In this document: piece after piece, positions 41,331-51,516 of the stretch
How the letters are laid out: every line of letters starts with the position of its first letter
Position numbering within the stretch: the stretch's first letter is position 1
NCBI GenBank assembly: GCA_963717505.1
Contig: OY970342.1
Span: 2,336,001 to 2,400,000 of the forward strand
Direction of reading: 5' to 3'
DNA: 64,000 bases
DNA from: Candidatus Eiseniibacteriota bacterium
GTDB taxonomy: Bacteria > Eisenbacteria > RBG-16-71-46
Notes under the pieces: generated by a model
Databases searched by the model: none
What the model was told of the DNA's origin: nothing
What the model saw: only the letters and a program-made list of their open reading frames with translations
Made by a program: the position numbers and the translations under genes

Positions 41331-41375
41331 ACCGCCGCCCGGGACTCCCGGGGGCGTGAGCGGAGGAAGTACGAC

Positions 41376-41558
41376 ATGGCGGTACCCAAGCGACGTCACT
41401 CGGCGACCCGCGGACGCAAGCGCCGCACGCACTGGAAGCTCAAGGCACCGGGCCTCAATCCGTGCAGCCGCTGCAGCAGCCCCAAGCTGCCGCACCGGGT
41501 CTGCGCCAACTGTGGCTATTACGACGGCGAAGAAATCGTCACGCCGCGCGGGGAGTAG
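41376..41558 (+). CDS. rpmF: 50S ribosomal protein L32 (Zn-binding type)
   Basis: MAVPKRR, CxxC...HRVCxxCGYY. Confidence 0.97.
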   Translation: MAVPKRRHSATRGRKRRTHWKLKAPGLNPCSRCSSPKLPHRVCANCGYYDGEEIVTPRGE

Positions 41559-41576
41559 GCGGATTCCCCGGATCCA

Positions 41577-42602
41577 ATGACCGCCATCCCACGCATCGGC
41601 ATCGACGCGATGGGGGGTGATTTTGGCCCCACCGCGGTGGCCGATGGCACGGTGCTCGCGCTGCGCGAGGCGCCGGGCCGCTGCGAGGTCACGCTGGTCG
41701 GGGACGAGAAGGAGATCCTGCCGGCGCTCAAGCACGCCAAGGCCGACGGCCTGCCGATTCGCGTCGTCCACGCCTCGGAGCGGATCGAGATGGCCGAGAA
41801 GGCGGTGGCGGCCGCGCGGCGCAAGAGCCAGTCCTCGCTCGGCATCCTGACCCAGCTGCACAAAGACGGCGGGGTCGATGCCGTGTTCAGCGCCGGCAAC
41901 ACCGGTGCGGTGGTCGCGACCGCGCTCCTCGGCCTCGGCCGGCTCGAGTCGGTGTCGCGGCCGGCCCTCGCCTGCCTGATGCCCAATCCTGGCGGCGGCA
42001 CCGTCGTGCTCGACGTCGGCGCCAACGCCGAGTGCAAGCCGTCCTACCTCGTCCAATTCGCCCACATGGGCTCGGTGTATTCGCGCTACCTGCTCGGCCG
42101 CGAGAATCCGCGGGTCGGGCTGCTGTCGATCGGCGAAGAGGACACCAAGGGCAACACCCTGGTCCTCGAGACGCTGCCGCTGCTGCGCAAGGCCAAGCAC
42201 CTCCACTTCATCGGCAACGTCGAGGGCCGCGACGTGTTCAAGGGCACCTGCGACGTCGTGGTCACCGACGGCTTCACCGGCAATGTCGTGCTCAAGACCG
42301 CCGAGAGCGTGGCCGGGCTGCTCGCGCACCGCATCAAGGACACGCTGCGCAAGGACCCGCTAGCCAAGTTCGGCGCGCTGTTCATGCTGCCGGCACTCCG
42401 CCGGCTCAAGGCCGAGATCGACTGGGAAGAGTACGGCGCCGCGCCCCTGCTCGGGGTGAACGGCGTCTGCTTCATCGGCCACGGGGCGAGCGGGCCGCGG
42501 GCGATTCGCAGCGCGATCCGCACCATGACGCTCTTCGTCGAACAGCGGGTCAACGAGCACATTCGTGAGGAGATCCTGGCGGACCATGACTCCGCGGCCT
42601 GA
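41577..42602 (+). CDS. plsX: Phosphate acyltransferase PlsX
   Basis: IDAMGGD, SAGNTGA, DGFTGNVVLK. Confidence 0.97.
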   Translation: MTAIPRIGIDAMGGDFGPTAVADGTVLALREAPGRCEVTLVGDEKEILPALKHAKADGLPIRVVHASERIEMAEKAVAAARRKSQSSLGILTQLHKDGGVDAVFSAGNTGAVVATALLGLGRLESVSRPALACLMPNPGGGTVVLDVGANAECKPSYLVQFAHMGSVYSRYLLGRENPRVGLLSIGEEDTKGNTLVLETLPLLRKAKHLHFIGNVEGRDVFKGTCDVVVTDGFTGNVVLKTAESVAGLLAHRIKDTLRKDPLAKFGALFMLPALRRLKAEIDWEEYGAAPLLGVNGVCFIGHGASGPRAIRSAIRTMTLFVEQRVNEHIREEILADHDSAA

Positions 42603-43653
42603 CGCCATGCGCGGCGTGACCATCACCGGCACCGGCATGTACGTGCCGGATCGGGTGCTGACCAACGCCGACCTCGAGAAGCTGGTCGACACGTCCAACG
42701 AGTGGATCCTCGAGCGCACCGGAATCATCGAGCGCCGGATCGCGGCCGACCACCAGGCGTCCTCGGACCTGTCGGTCGAGGCGGCGCGCCGCGCACTGGA
42801 GATGGCCAAAATCGAGCCCGGGCAGATCGATCAGATCGTGGTTGCGACCACGACACCCGATCGGTACCTGCCGTCGTGCGCGTGCACCGTGCAGGCCAAG
42901 CTCGGTGCCACCAAGGCCGCGGCCTACGACGTGTTCGCCGCATGCACCGGTTTCGTCTTCGGTATGGGACTGGCGCGCGGCATGGTCGCGACCGGCACGG
43001 CCAACACCGTCCTGGTCATCGGCGTCGAGATGCTGTCGCGCATCGTCGACTACACCGACCGCAACACCTGTGTGCTGTTCGGCGACGGCGCCGGAGCCGC
43101 GGTATTCCAGCCCTGCCCGCCCGGCGAGGGCATCCTGGGCGTGTCGATGCACAGCGACGGTGCGCTCGGCGACCTGCTCGAGATTCCGGCCGGCGGGACC
43201 GCGATGCCGGCCAGCCACGCGACGGTCGACGCCGGCGGGCACTTCATCCGCATGCGCGGCAAGGAGCTGTTCAAGGTCGCGGTCCGCTGCATGGAGGAGA
43301 GCCTGCGCGACTCGCTCGAACAGGCGGGGCTCTCGCCGAACGACCTCGACCTGGTGATCCCACACCAGGCCAATCTGCGCATCATCGACGCGATGCGCGA
43401 GCGTCTCGGCGTTCCGGCCGATCGGGTCGTCGTCAACATCGAGCGCTATGGCAACACCTCCTCGGCCTCGATTCCGATCAGCCTCGACGAAGTCGTGCGC
43501 TCGGGACGCGTCAAGCCCGGCGACCGGATCGGATTCGTGGCCTTTGGCGGGGGCGTCACCTGGGGTGGGGCGGTGGTCCGCTGGACGTTGCCGGTGCAGA
43601 TTCCGGCGGCGAACTCCGGTGCCGCGGTTGCCGCGTCCGGAGCCCGCGCGTGA
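42586..43653 (+). CDS. fabH: 3-oxoacyl-ACP synthase III
   Basis: [19 protein letters not shown]. Confidence 0.97.
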   Translation: MTPRPDAMRGVTITGTGMYVPDRVLTNADLEKLVDTSNEWILERTGIIERRIAADHQASSDLSVEAARRALEMAKIEPGQIDQIVVATTTPDRYLPSCACTVQAKLGATKAAAYDVFAACTGFVFGMGLARGMVATGTANTVLVIGVEMLSRIVDYTDRNTCVLFGDGAGAAVFQPCPPGEGILGVSMHSDGALGDLLEIPAGGTAMPASHATVDAGGHFIRMRGKELFKVAVRCMEESLRDSLEQAGLSPNDLDLVIPHQANLRIIDAMRERLGVPADRVVVNIERYGNTSSASIPISLDEVVRSGRVKPGDRIGFVAFGGGVTWGGAVVRWTLPVQIPAANSGAAVAASGARA

Positions 43654-44609
43654 AGCTCGCGTTCCTGTTTCCCGGTCAGGGCAGTCAGACCGTCGGCATG
43701 GGGCGGGTACTGGCCGCGGCGCATCCGGCGGCCCGCGAAGTGTTCGAGCGCGCGGATCAAGCACTCGGCCTGCCGCTGACCCGGTTGTGCTGGGAAGGTC
43801 CCGAGGACGAGCTGCGCAAGACGGTGCACGCACAGCCGGCGTTGCTGACCCACAGTGTCGCGGCCCTGCGGGTGCTGACCGAGGCGGGTCTCGCGCCCGC
43901 CTGGGTCGCCGGACACAGTCTGGGCGAGTATTCGGCGTGCGTGGCGGCCGGCGCTCTGGAGTTCGAGGATGCGCTGCGGCTGGTTCACCGGCGCGGCCAG
44001 CTCATGTATCAGGCCGGCATCGACCGGCCGGGCACCATGGCCGCGATTCTCGGCATGGACGGCGAGGCGGTCGAGGCGGCGTGCGCCGCGGCGTCGTCGG
44101 CCGGGGTGGTCCAGGCGGCGAACTTCAACGCTCCCGGCCAGGTGGTGATTTCGGGCGAGATCGCGGCGGTCGAGAAGGCGTGCGAGATCGCGCGCGAGCG
44201 GGGTGCTCGGCGCGCGATCCGGCTCGACGTCAGCGGCGCCTTCCACTCGCCGCTCATGGACGCGGCGGCCTCGGGGCTCGCCGCGGCACTCGACCAGGCG
44301 ACGTTCCGCGAGCCACGCTGCCCGGTGGTCGCCAACGTCAGCGCCCAGCCCGTGTCGGCGGCTCAAGCCCTGCGCGATGCGCTCAAGCGGCAGCTGCTGG
44401 GTGCGGTGCGCTGGGAAGAATCGATGCGGTTCCTGCTGGCGCACGGGGTCGATGCGTTCGTCGAGGTCGGCACCGGGAAAGTCCTGCGCGGGCTATTGCG
44501 CACCGTGAACGCCGACATTCGGGCTTACGGCTCCGACGACGCCGAGGCGATCGCGGCGACGCTGACCGCACTCGCCCGGACTTCTGGCCCCAAGGAGGCG
44601 CACGCGTGA
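43650..44609 (+). CDS. fabD: Malonyl-CoA:ACP transacylase
   Basis: FPGQGSQ, GHSLGEY, VSGAFHS. Confidence 0.97.
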   Translation: MKLAFLFPGQGSQTVGMGRVLAAAHPAAREVFERADQALGLPLTRLCWEGPEDELRKTVHAQPALLTHSVAALRVLTEAGLAPAWVAGHSLGEYSACVAAGALEFEDALRLVHRRGQLMYQAGIDRPGTMAAILGMDGEAVEAACAAASSAGVVQAANFNAPGQVVISGEIAAVEKACEIARERGARRAIRLDVSGAFHSPLMDAAASGLAAALDQATFREPRCPVVANVSAQPVSAAQALRDALKRQLLGAVRWEESMRFLLAHGVDAFVEVGTGKVLRGLLRTVNADIRAYGSDDAEAIAATLTALARTSGPKEAHA

Positions 44610-45385
44610 CGCAGCCCTCCGGGAGCACCGCGGTGGATCCCCGACTGGAGCTGGCCGGCCAGGTCGCCTTCGTCACCGGTGGTGCGACCGGCATCGGTCT
44701 CGCCATCAGCCGGCTGCTGGCCCAGCGTGGTGCGGCGGTCGCGATGTTCGCGCGCAACGCCGAGCGAACCGAGGAGGCCGCGCGCGGGCTCAGGGCGGAA
44801 GGCGGCAGCGTTCACGCATTTGCCGCCGACATCGCCAGGACCGATTCGGTCGATCAGGCGTTCGCCGCAGCACTCGGCGAGCTCGGACGGGTGGACATCC
44901 TGGTCAACAACGCCGGGATCACCCGCGACGGGTTGTTCCTGCGCATGGACGATGCGCAATGGGAGGAGGTCCTGACGACCAACCTCCAGGGAGCCTTCCG
45001 CTGCTGTCGGGCGGTGGCTCGACCCATGATGAAGGCGCGCTCCGGGCGCATCATCAATATTTCTTCGGTCGTCGGCTTGATCGGAAACGCCGGTCAGGCC
45101 AATTATTCGGCGGCGAAGGCAGGGCTGCTCGGCCTCACCAAGTCGCTCGCCCGCGAGTTGAGCGGGCGGGGGATCACGGTGAACGCCGTGTGCCCGGGCT
45201 TCATCGAGACGGACATGACCGCGGAGCTGCCGGAAGCGGCGCGCGCCGAGCTCATGTCCCGGATTCCGCTCGGCCGGCTGGGCCGCCCCGACGAGGTGGC
45301 CGAGGTGGTCGCGTTCCTGGCCTCGCCGCGGGCCGCCTACGTCACCGGCCAGACATGGGCCGTGGACGGCGGCATGGTGATGTAG
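44606..45385 (+). CDS. fabG: 3-oxoacyl-ACP reductase
   Basis: [21 protein letters not shown]. Confidence 0.97.
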   Translation: MTQPSGSTAVDPRLELAGQVAFVTGGATGIGLAISRLLAQRGAAVAMFARNAERTEEAARGLRAEGGSVHAFAADIARTDSVDQAFAAALGELGRVDILVNNAGITRDGLFLRMDDAQWEEVLTTNLQGAFRCCRAVARPMMKARSGRIINISSVVGLIGNAGQANYSAAKAGLLGLTKSLARELSGRGITVNAVCPGFIETDMTAELPEAARAELMSRIPLGRLGRPDEVAEVVAFLASPRAAYVTGQTWAVDGGMVM

Positions 45386-45429
45386 TCTGGAGCCGTCTCG
45401 TCACCCCGAAACCTACGGAGGTGCAGGTC

Positions 45430-45672
45430 GTGGCATCATTCAGTGAAGACCGCGTGAAGGAGATCATCGCCAAGGAGCTCGAAGTCGAGATCAAGCAGCT
45501 CACGCCCGAGGCCAAGTTCATCGAGGACCTGGGTGCGGACTCCCTCGACATCGTGGAGCTGGTCATGGCGCTAGAGGACGAATTCGGACTCGACATTCCC
45601 GACGAGGATGCCGAAAAACTGAAGACCGTCGGTGACGCCATGAACTACCTCAAGCAGAACGCGACCGCCTAG
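45430..45672 (+). CDS. acpP: Acyl carrier protein
   Basis: [12 protein letters not shown]; GGAGG RBS. Confidence 0.97.
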   Translation: MASFSEDRVKEIIAKELEVEIKQLTPEAKFIEDLGADSLDIVELVMALEDEFGLDIPDEDAEKLKTVGDAMNYLKQNATA

Positions 45673-45765
45673 GTCGTACGACCAGGCGACTCCGGACGTC
45701 CCACCCGCGCGCGGTTGCGCATGGCGGGTCGGGCCTGATCCGGGCGCGAGCTCACCGGAAGGTTC

Positions 45766-47013
45766 ATGTCGCACAACGGAAATCGGGTGTTCATCACCGG
45801 GACCGGCGTGGTATCGCCGCTCGGCAACAGCACCCAAGAGATGTGGAAACGCCTGCTCGCCGGGGAATCCGGCGCCGGGCCGATCACCCGCTTCGACGCA
45901 TCGGCGTACGAGACGCGGTTCGCCTGCGAGGTCAAGGACCTCAAGGTGGACGGCATCATCGACCGCAAGGACGCGCGGCGGATGGATCGATTCGTCCAGT
46001 TTGCCGTGGTCGCCAGCCACGAGGCCATCCAGAATGCCGGCCTCGACCTGAACACCCTGAACTTGGACCGGATCGGCGTGCTGATCGGATCGGGCATCGG
46101 CGGCATGGAAACCTTCGAAACTCAGCACAGGATCCTGCTCGAGCGGGGTCCGGGGCGAGTGAGTCCATTCTTCATTCCGATGATGATTTCGGACATGGCC
46201 GCGGGGCAGGTCTCCATTCAGTTCGGCCTGCGCGGTCCCAATTTCTGTACGGTTTCGGCATGCGCTTCGGGCGCACACGCGATTGGTGAGGCCTTGCGCC
46301 TCATCCGTGCGGGCGATGCCGATGTACTCATTGCTGGCGGCAGCGAGGCGACCATCACGCCGATGGCGCTCGCGGGTTTCAGCAATGCACGCGCCCTGTC
46401 CACTCGTAACGACGACCCCCAACACGCGAGCCGTCCCTTCGACCAGGATCGGGACGGATTCGTGATCGGCGAAGGTGCCGGCATCGTGGTGCTCGAATCC
46501 GAGGCGCATGCCCGCCGCAGAAACGCTCCCGTAATCTGCGAACTCAGCGGCTACGGCGCGTCCGGAGACGCCTACCACATGACCGCCCCCAGCGAGACCG
46601 GTGACGGCGCAGCGCGCGCGCTCAGGCGCGCGCTCGAGGACGCGAAACTGCGTCCCGAAGACGTGGAATACGTCAATGCGCACGGCACGTCGACTCCGGC
46701 CGGGGACCCCATCGAGGTCCTCGCGGTCAAGTCCGCTATGGGCGACCAGGCCCGTCGCATCCTCATGAGCTCCACCAAGTCCATGACCGGGCATCTGCTC
46801 GGGGCAGCGGGCGGGCTCGAGGCTGTGATCTCCGCGCTCACGATTGTGAATGGGGTCGTTCCACCTACCATCAACCTGGAACAAGCGGATCCTCAATGCG
46901 ACCTCGATTTCGTACCGAAACAAGCCCGAACGCATCGCGTGAAGGCGGCTCTCTCGAACTCGTTCGGGTTCGGCGGGCACAACGTGACACTGGCTCTGAA
47001 GGCCGTAACCTAA
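45766..47013 (+). CDS. fabF: 3-oxoacyl-ACP synthase II
   Basis: SACASG, NAHGTST, TGHLLGAAG, NSFGFGG. Confidence 0.97.
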   Translation: MSHNGNRVFITGTGVVSPLGNSTQEMWKRLLAGESGAGPITRFDASAYETRFACEVKDLKVDGIIDRKDARRMDRFVQFAVVASHEAIQNAGLDLNTLNLDRIGVLIGSGIGGMETFETQHRILLERGPGRVSPFFIPMMISDMAAGQVSIQFGLRGPNFCTVSACASGAHAIGEALRLIRAGDADVLIAGGSEATITPMALAGFSNARALSTRNDDPQHASRPFDQDRDGFVIGEGAGIVVLESEAHARRRNAPVICELSGYGASGDAYHMTAPSETGDGAARALRRALEDAKLRPEDVEYVNAHGTSTPAGDPIEVLAVKSAMGDQARRILMSSTKSMTGHLLGAAGGLEAVISALTIVNGVVPPTINLEQADPQCDLDFVPKQARTHRVKAALSNSFGFGGHNVTLALKAVT

Positions 47014-47162
47014 GACGCCGATCGCGTCGCCGCGGAGGCCGCGGACGCCGCGGCACGCCGCGACCGCCGGTCGGGCAGAAGCCTCCGGGTTTCTGGGACT
47101 GGCTGAAGAACCTCTTCCGGAGGCCGGAGACCCCGGTTCCCGACGAGCAGGAAGCGCGCCTG

Positions 47163-48521
47163 ATGGCCGCGTTCTGCCAGCACTACCACGTGCAGTTCCG
47201 CGACCTCGAGCTGCTGCGGCTGGCGCTGACCCATCGTTCCTACCTGAGCGTGACCGGCCGCGGCGAGCGCGAGTCCAACGAGCGGCTGGAGTTCCTGGGC
47301 GACTCGGTGCTCGGGCTCGTGACCAGCGAGTACCTGTTCCGCACCCATCCGACCGAGCACGAAGGCCAGCTGACCAAGACCAAGTCGCTGCTGGTGTCGA
47401 AGGCGATCCTGGCCCGGCGCGCGCTCAAGATGGGGCTCGGCCGTTTCGTGTTCATGAGCCATTCCGAGATCGAATCGGGTGGCCGCCAGCGGCTGTCGAT
47501 CCTGGCCGACGCGTTCGAGTCGGTGCTGGGCGCGATCTACCTGGATCAAGGCTTCGAGGCGGCGCGCGGCTTCATCCACACGAACCTGTTGAGCGAGGCG
47601 CGCGAAATCGCCGCCGACAAACGGCACACCAACTACAAGAGCCACCTGCAGGAGTACGTCCAGAGCACCTATCGCACGCACCCGGTGTATCGCATCCGGC
47701 GCGAAGTCGGCCCCGACCATTCGAAGCAGTTCGTGGTCGATGTGATGGTCGGCCGGCGGGTTCTCGGCGGCGGACGCGGACAGAACAAGAAGGATGCGGA
47801 GCAGTCGGCGGCGCGTGATGCGTTGGACCAGGTGACGTCGCGTCGTTCCGGTCCTGAAGGTCGGGCGGAGAGGGCCCCTCGGACCCGGACCGAAGCTCTC
47901 CCCGAGCGTGACGAGCGTGACGAGCGTGACGATCGTGATGAGCATGACGAGCGCAACGAGCGGACCGAACGGGCGGAGCGCGCACGTCCTCCCGAGCCGC
48001 GCGGCCGGGAGACCCGCGGTCGAGCCCGTCGCGACTCCGGTCGCGGCGAGTCCTCCACGGCATACGAGCCCGAGACGCACGACGAGCCCGAGGTCGAGTC
48101 GAGGCCGGTGGCTGCTCGGCGCCATCCTCCGGTGCCCACCCGGATCGAGGCGGCGCGCATGGCGGCACAATCGGTTCCGGTCGATGCGTTGCCTGAGGAC
48201 GAGGAACTCGACGACGTCACCGGTCGCTATGAAGACGTGGATGACGAGATCGGGCGCCCCGAGGGACCGCTCGAGGAACGTCACGTCGATCCCTTCGGTC
48301 TCGAAGCTCCGGAATCCTCGACCGAACAGGCGACGTCTCACTACGATAGCCCCGGTCCCGATTCCGGCAGAACCGTGGTTAGCGCGTTGAGTCGCATGCG
48401 GTCCCCGGCTGCGGATTCGCGCGCGAGCGAGTCGGCTGAGTCCGAGCCGCCGTCGACCTCCGGGTCCGACCGGGGTCCGTCCTCCGGACGCTACGGACGC
48501 CGGCGCGGGCGCCGGCGCTGA
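47163..48521 (+). CDS. rnc: Ribonuclease III with long disordered C-terminal extension (start may lie upstream)
   Basis: ALTHRS, NERLEFLGDSVL, ADAFESVLGAIYLD, dsRBD NYKSHLQE...KKDAEQ. Confidence 0.93.
   Translation: MAAFCQHYHVQFRDLELLRLALTHRSYLSVTGRGERESNERLEFLGDSVLGLVTSEYLFRTHPTEHEGQLTKTKSLLVSKAILARRALKMGLGRFVFMSHSEIESGGRQRLSILADAFESVLGAIYLDQGFEAARGFIHTNLLSEAREIAADKRHTNYKSHLQEYVQSTYRTHPVYRIRREVGPDHSKQFVVDVMVGRRVLGGGRGQNKKDAEQSAARDALDQVTSRRSGPEGRAERAPRTRTEALPERDERDERDDRDEHDERNERTERAERARPPEPRGRETRGRARRDSGRGESSTAYEPETHDEPEVESRPVAARRHPPVPTRIEAARMAAQSVPVDALPEDEELDDVTGRYEDVDDEIGRPEGPLEERHVDPFGLEAPESSTEQATSHYDSPGPDSGRTVVSALSRMRSPAADSRASESAESEPPSTSGSDRGPSSGRYGRRRGRRR
47904..47957 (+). repeat. 9-bp tandem repeat (GAGCGTGAC-like x6) encoding ERD repeats
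   Basis: Three exact and three degenerate copies. Confidence 0.75.
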
Positions 48522-48600
48522 GTCGCACCGCGGACCGGAACCGGAGGTCGTCGCCGCCTGGCGATCCGGATTCCGGCCCGCGGTGATAGGCTTCGCCTGC

Positions 48601-50259
48601 ATGAAGAACTTCGCTAGGTGCGCGGCGGCCGCCGTGGCGCTGTGGGCCATCCCGGCCACGGCGGACTCGGTCACCGAATTTCCGAGCGAAGAGGCGATGC
48701 GCCGTTATGCCGCCGGGCGTCTCTACGAGGAGAGCGGCGACTACGGCGCGGCGTTGCGGGAATACTATCGCGCCTTCGTGCTCGATCCCGGAGCGCCGGC
48801 GTTGGCGCGGCGCATGAGCGAGCTGTCCGCGCGCATCGGAGACTCCGAACGTTCGCTCGAGTTCGCCGAGCGCGGGCTGGCGACCCATCCGAACGACCCC
48901 GAGTTGCTCTGGCTGCGCGGGGCCGCGCTGTTCAACCTCGGTCGTTATCTCGAAGCCTACGAGGTCCTCGACCAGGCGGCGGCCGGCGATACCACCAACG
49001 CCGAGTACCAGCGCACGTTCGCTCGCGCCGCCGAACAGGTGGATCGCGTCGACCGCTCGGCCGCAGCCTATCGCAGGGCCACCGCACTCGAGCCCGAGGA
49101 TGCCGAGTCCTGGTTTCAGCTGGCCGCGGCCGAAGCGCGCCTGGGGCGATTCGACGAGGCCGAGCGGGCTCTGAAGCAGGCCCGGGATCTCGGCTCGACC
49201 CGGCCGGGTATGAAATTCCTCGAAGGCTGGGTGCACGAAGGCAAGGGTCGCAACCGCGAAGCGATCACCAGCTATCGCGAGCACCTCGAGAGCTTCGACA
49301 ACGATCAGATCACGCGCCGCCGGCTGGTGCAGCTGCTGGCCCGCGAGAAGCGCTTCGACGAGGCCTTTCGCGAAGCCGCGGTCGTTTCGCGCGCCTCACC
49401 CGGCGATTTCCTGGCGCTCGAAGTCGAGGGCGATCTCGCGTTTCGCTCCAAGCGCGCCGATCAGGGCGAGCAAGTGGTGCTCGAAATGCTCGCGCAGGCT
49501 GGATCGGATGCCGACCGCGCGTTTCGCGCGTGTGCGATGTTGGTTCGGCACGACCGCAAGAAGCGCGGCATCGCGCTCGCGGATACCTGGGCGACCTCGG
49601 CCCGGCCGCCTTCAGGGGAGATGCTGTCGTCTCGCATTCGCGGCTTCGCCGAGGATCCGCGCGGGGCGATGACCTACGCGCAGCGGGCGATCGAGGTGGC
49701 GCCCGATTCGCTGGCGCCTCGCGTCCTGATGGCCCGATTGCACGCGACGGCCAAGTCCTTCGCCGCCGCCGAATCGGCGTGGACTGAGTGCCTGCCGCAC
49801 GGCGCCGACACGGTGGCGGTCCTGCTCGAGATCGCGTTCTGCCGCGAGCAGAACAAAGACATTCATGGCGCCGAGTCGGCGGTCCGGGACGCCCTGCGCC
49901 GCGATCCCCTGAATCCCCGAGTGCTCAATTTCCTTGGATACCTGCTCGCGGACGACAACCGGAACCTGGAGGAGGCCCTGACCCTGATACGCAGGGCACT
50001 GGAGAACGACCCCGAGAACGGGGCCTATGTGGATTCCCTGGGCTGGGCCTACTACCGTCTCGGGCGCCTGGAGGAGGCTCGGGCCGAGCTGGAAAGGGCC
50101 ATTCGGCTCACCGATGGCGACCCGGTGGTCCACGAGCACCTGGGCGACGTTTACCGGGACCTCAGGATGTTCAGCGAAGCCAAGGCGCAGTACCGTCTCA
50201 GTTTGGCCCGGGACGGCGCCAACCCCAACGTCCGTGAGAAGCTCTCCCGGCTACGCTAG
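48601..50259 (+). CDS. Exported TPR protein
   Basis: Signal peptide; TPRs ending LNFLGY..YVDSLGWAYY..EHLGDVY. Confidence 0.88.
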   Translation: MKNFARCAAAAVALWAIPATADSVTEFPSEEAMRRYAAGRLYEESGDYGAALREYYRAFVLDPGAPALARRMSELSARIGDSERSLEFAERGLATHPNDPELLWLRGAALFNLGRYLEAYEVLDQAAAGDTTNAEYQRTFARAAEQVDRVDRSAAAYRRATALEPEDAESWFQLAAAEARLGRFDEAERALKQARDLGSTRPGMKFLEGWVHEGKGRNREAITSYREHLESFDNDQITRRRLVQLLAREKRFDEAFREAAVVSRASPGDFLALEVEGDLAFRSKRADQGEQVVLEMLAQAGSDADRAFRACAMLVRHDRKKRGIALADTWATSARPPSGEMLSSRIRGFAEDPRGAMTYAQRAIEVAPDSLAPRVLMARLHATAKSFAAAESAWTECLPHGADTVAVLLEIAFCREQNKDIHGAESAVRDALRRDPLNPRVLNFLGYLLADDNRNLEEALTLIRRALENDPENGAYVDSLGWAYYRLGRLEEARAELERAIRLTDGDPVVHEHLGDVYRDLRMFSEAKAQYRLSLARDGANPNVREKLSRLR

Positions 50260-50263
50260 TTCC

Positions 50264-50290
50264 GGAACCGGGCCGTCAACCCGGTGTAAA
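50264..50290 (+). promoter_or_regulatory. Putative ECF autoregulatory promoter
   Basis: GGAAC-N17-GTAAA immediately before the sigma gene. Confidence 0.45.
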
Positions 50291-50298
50291 TAACCCTG

Positions 50299-50934
50299 GT
50301 GAGGTTGCCATTGCCGTCCGATCGCGACCCGGCATCACCTCAAATTCTCAGCCTTTCCGACGAGGACCTCATGGCCCGAGTCGCCGAGGATGAGGAGCGG
50401 GCTTTTGCCGAGCTGGTGCGCCGGTATCAGGGTCGAATCACGAACCTGATCAGCCGCGTGCTGAACGATCGGGAGTGCTCGGACGACCTGGCGCAAGAGG
50501 TGTTCGTTCGCGTCTATGTCCACCGCCGCAACTACCGGCGTGGATCGAAGCTGTCGACGTGGGTGTTCACCATCGCAGCCAACCTCGCCAAGAACGAGAT
50601 CCGGCGTCGGGTCCGGCGCCGCAATTGGTTCAGCCTGGATGCCCTGCAGGAGGCGCTCAAGGACGGGGCGCTGATGTTCGCCGATCCCAAAGAGGGGCAC
50701 GATCGAGCGATGGAGCGGGGGCAGCTCCAGGAGTTGGTGGGACGCGCCATCGCGGCCGTTCCCGAGAAGTATCGAATGGCGCTGGTGTTGCGGGACATCG
50801 AGGGACTGGCGTACGAGGAGATCGCCGTGGTGTTGGGCGTTCCCGGCGGTACGGTGCGGTCCCGGATCAACCGGGCACGCAGCATGCTCAAGCGGCGTTT
50901 GCAGCCGCTGATGCGCAAGGAAGACACGATATGA
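50299..50934 (+). CDS. ECF sigma factor
   Basis: DLAQEVF, STWVFTIAAN, GLAYEEIA..GTVRSRINRAR. Confidence 0.93.
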   Translation: MRLPLPSDRDPASPQILSLSDEDLMARVAEDEERAFAELVRRYQGRITNLISRVLNDRECSDDLAQEVFVRVYVHRRNYRRGSKLSTWVFTIAANLAKNEIRRRVRRRNWFSLDALQEALKDGALMFADPKEGHDRAMERGQLQELVGRAIAAVPEKYRMALVLRDIEGLAYEEIAVVLGVPGGTVRSRINRARSMLKRRLQPLMRKEDTI

Positions 50935-51509
50935 AGTGTGGTCAGGCACGCAGGCTCTTCGGGGCCTTCTGGGACGACGAGATCACGCAGGCCGAGCGCG
51001 AGTGGCTCGAAGCCCACTTCCTCACGTGCTCTCCCTGCCGGACCGAGTACGACGCATTTTCGCGGGTGACCGAAGCGGTCTCGACCCTGCCGCGCGTCGA
51101 GCCCGCACCGGACCTGGTGGAACGCACGCTGGCGCGTGCACGCCGTACGGTGGCGGTCCAGGACGTCCTGCCGGCGCAGGGCACGGCCTGGATTCCGGCG
51201 ACCGCTGCTGCGGTGGTCCTGGTGCTCGCTGCCGGGTTGTTGATCCAGTGGGTCGGGACCGGCTCCGCACCGCGCGAGATCGCGTCGTCGACCACGACCG
51301 TGTCCCCGGGCGGGGATCCGGCCGGCGGCACGTCTACCGGTGCCACGGGCGAGTCGGACGCGTTCGCGACCGCGGTGCCGGACAGCATCTTCGATCCCAA
51401 CGACGACATCGAGTTCGTGCTCGACGCCGTGACGTTGCGTCGCGGTCGGGCCACAGTCGAGAGGAGTCCGCAGAGCATTCATGCCGAACAGGCGGTCATC
51501 TCCTTCTAG
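50931..51509 (+). CDS. Zinc-finger (zf-HC2) anti-sigma factor
   Basis: C...HFLTCSPC then TM helix. Confidence 0.88.
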   Translation: MKCGQARRLFGAFWDDEITQAEREWLEAHFLTCSPCRTEYDAFSRVTEAVSTLPRVEPAPDLVERTLARARRTVAVQDVLPAQGTAWIPATAAAVVLVLAAGLLIQWVGTGSAPREIASSTTTVSPGGDPAGGTSTGATGESDAFATAVPDSIFDPNDDIEFVLDAVTLRRGRATVERSPQSIHAEQAVISF

Positions 51510-51516
51510 TTCCGGC

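Noticed and set aside
42586-47013. fab genes as a type II PKS serving the cluster
   Set aside because: Canonical rpmF-plsX-fabHDG-acpP-fabF-rnc housekeeping operon about 28 kb away
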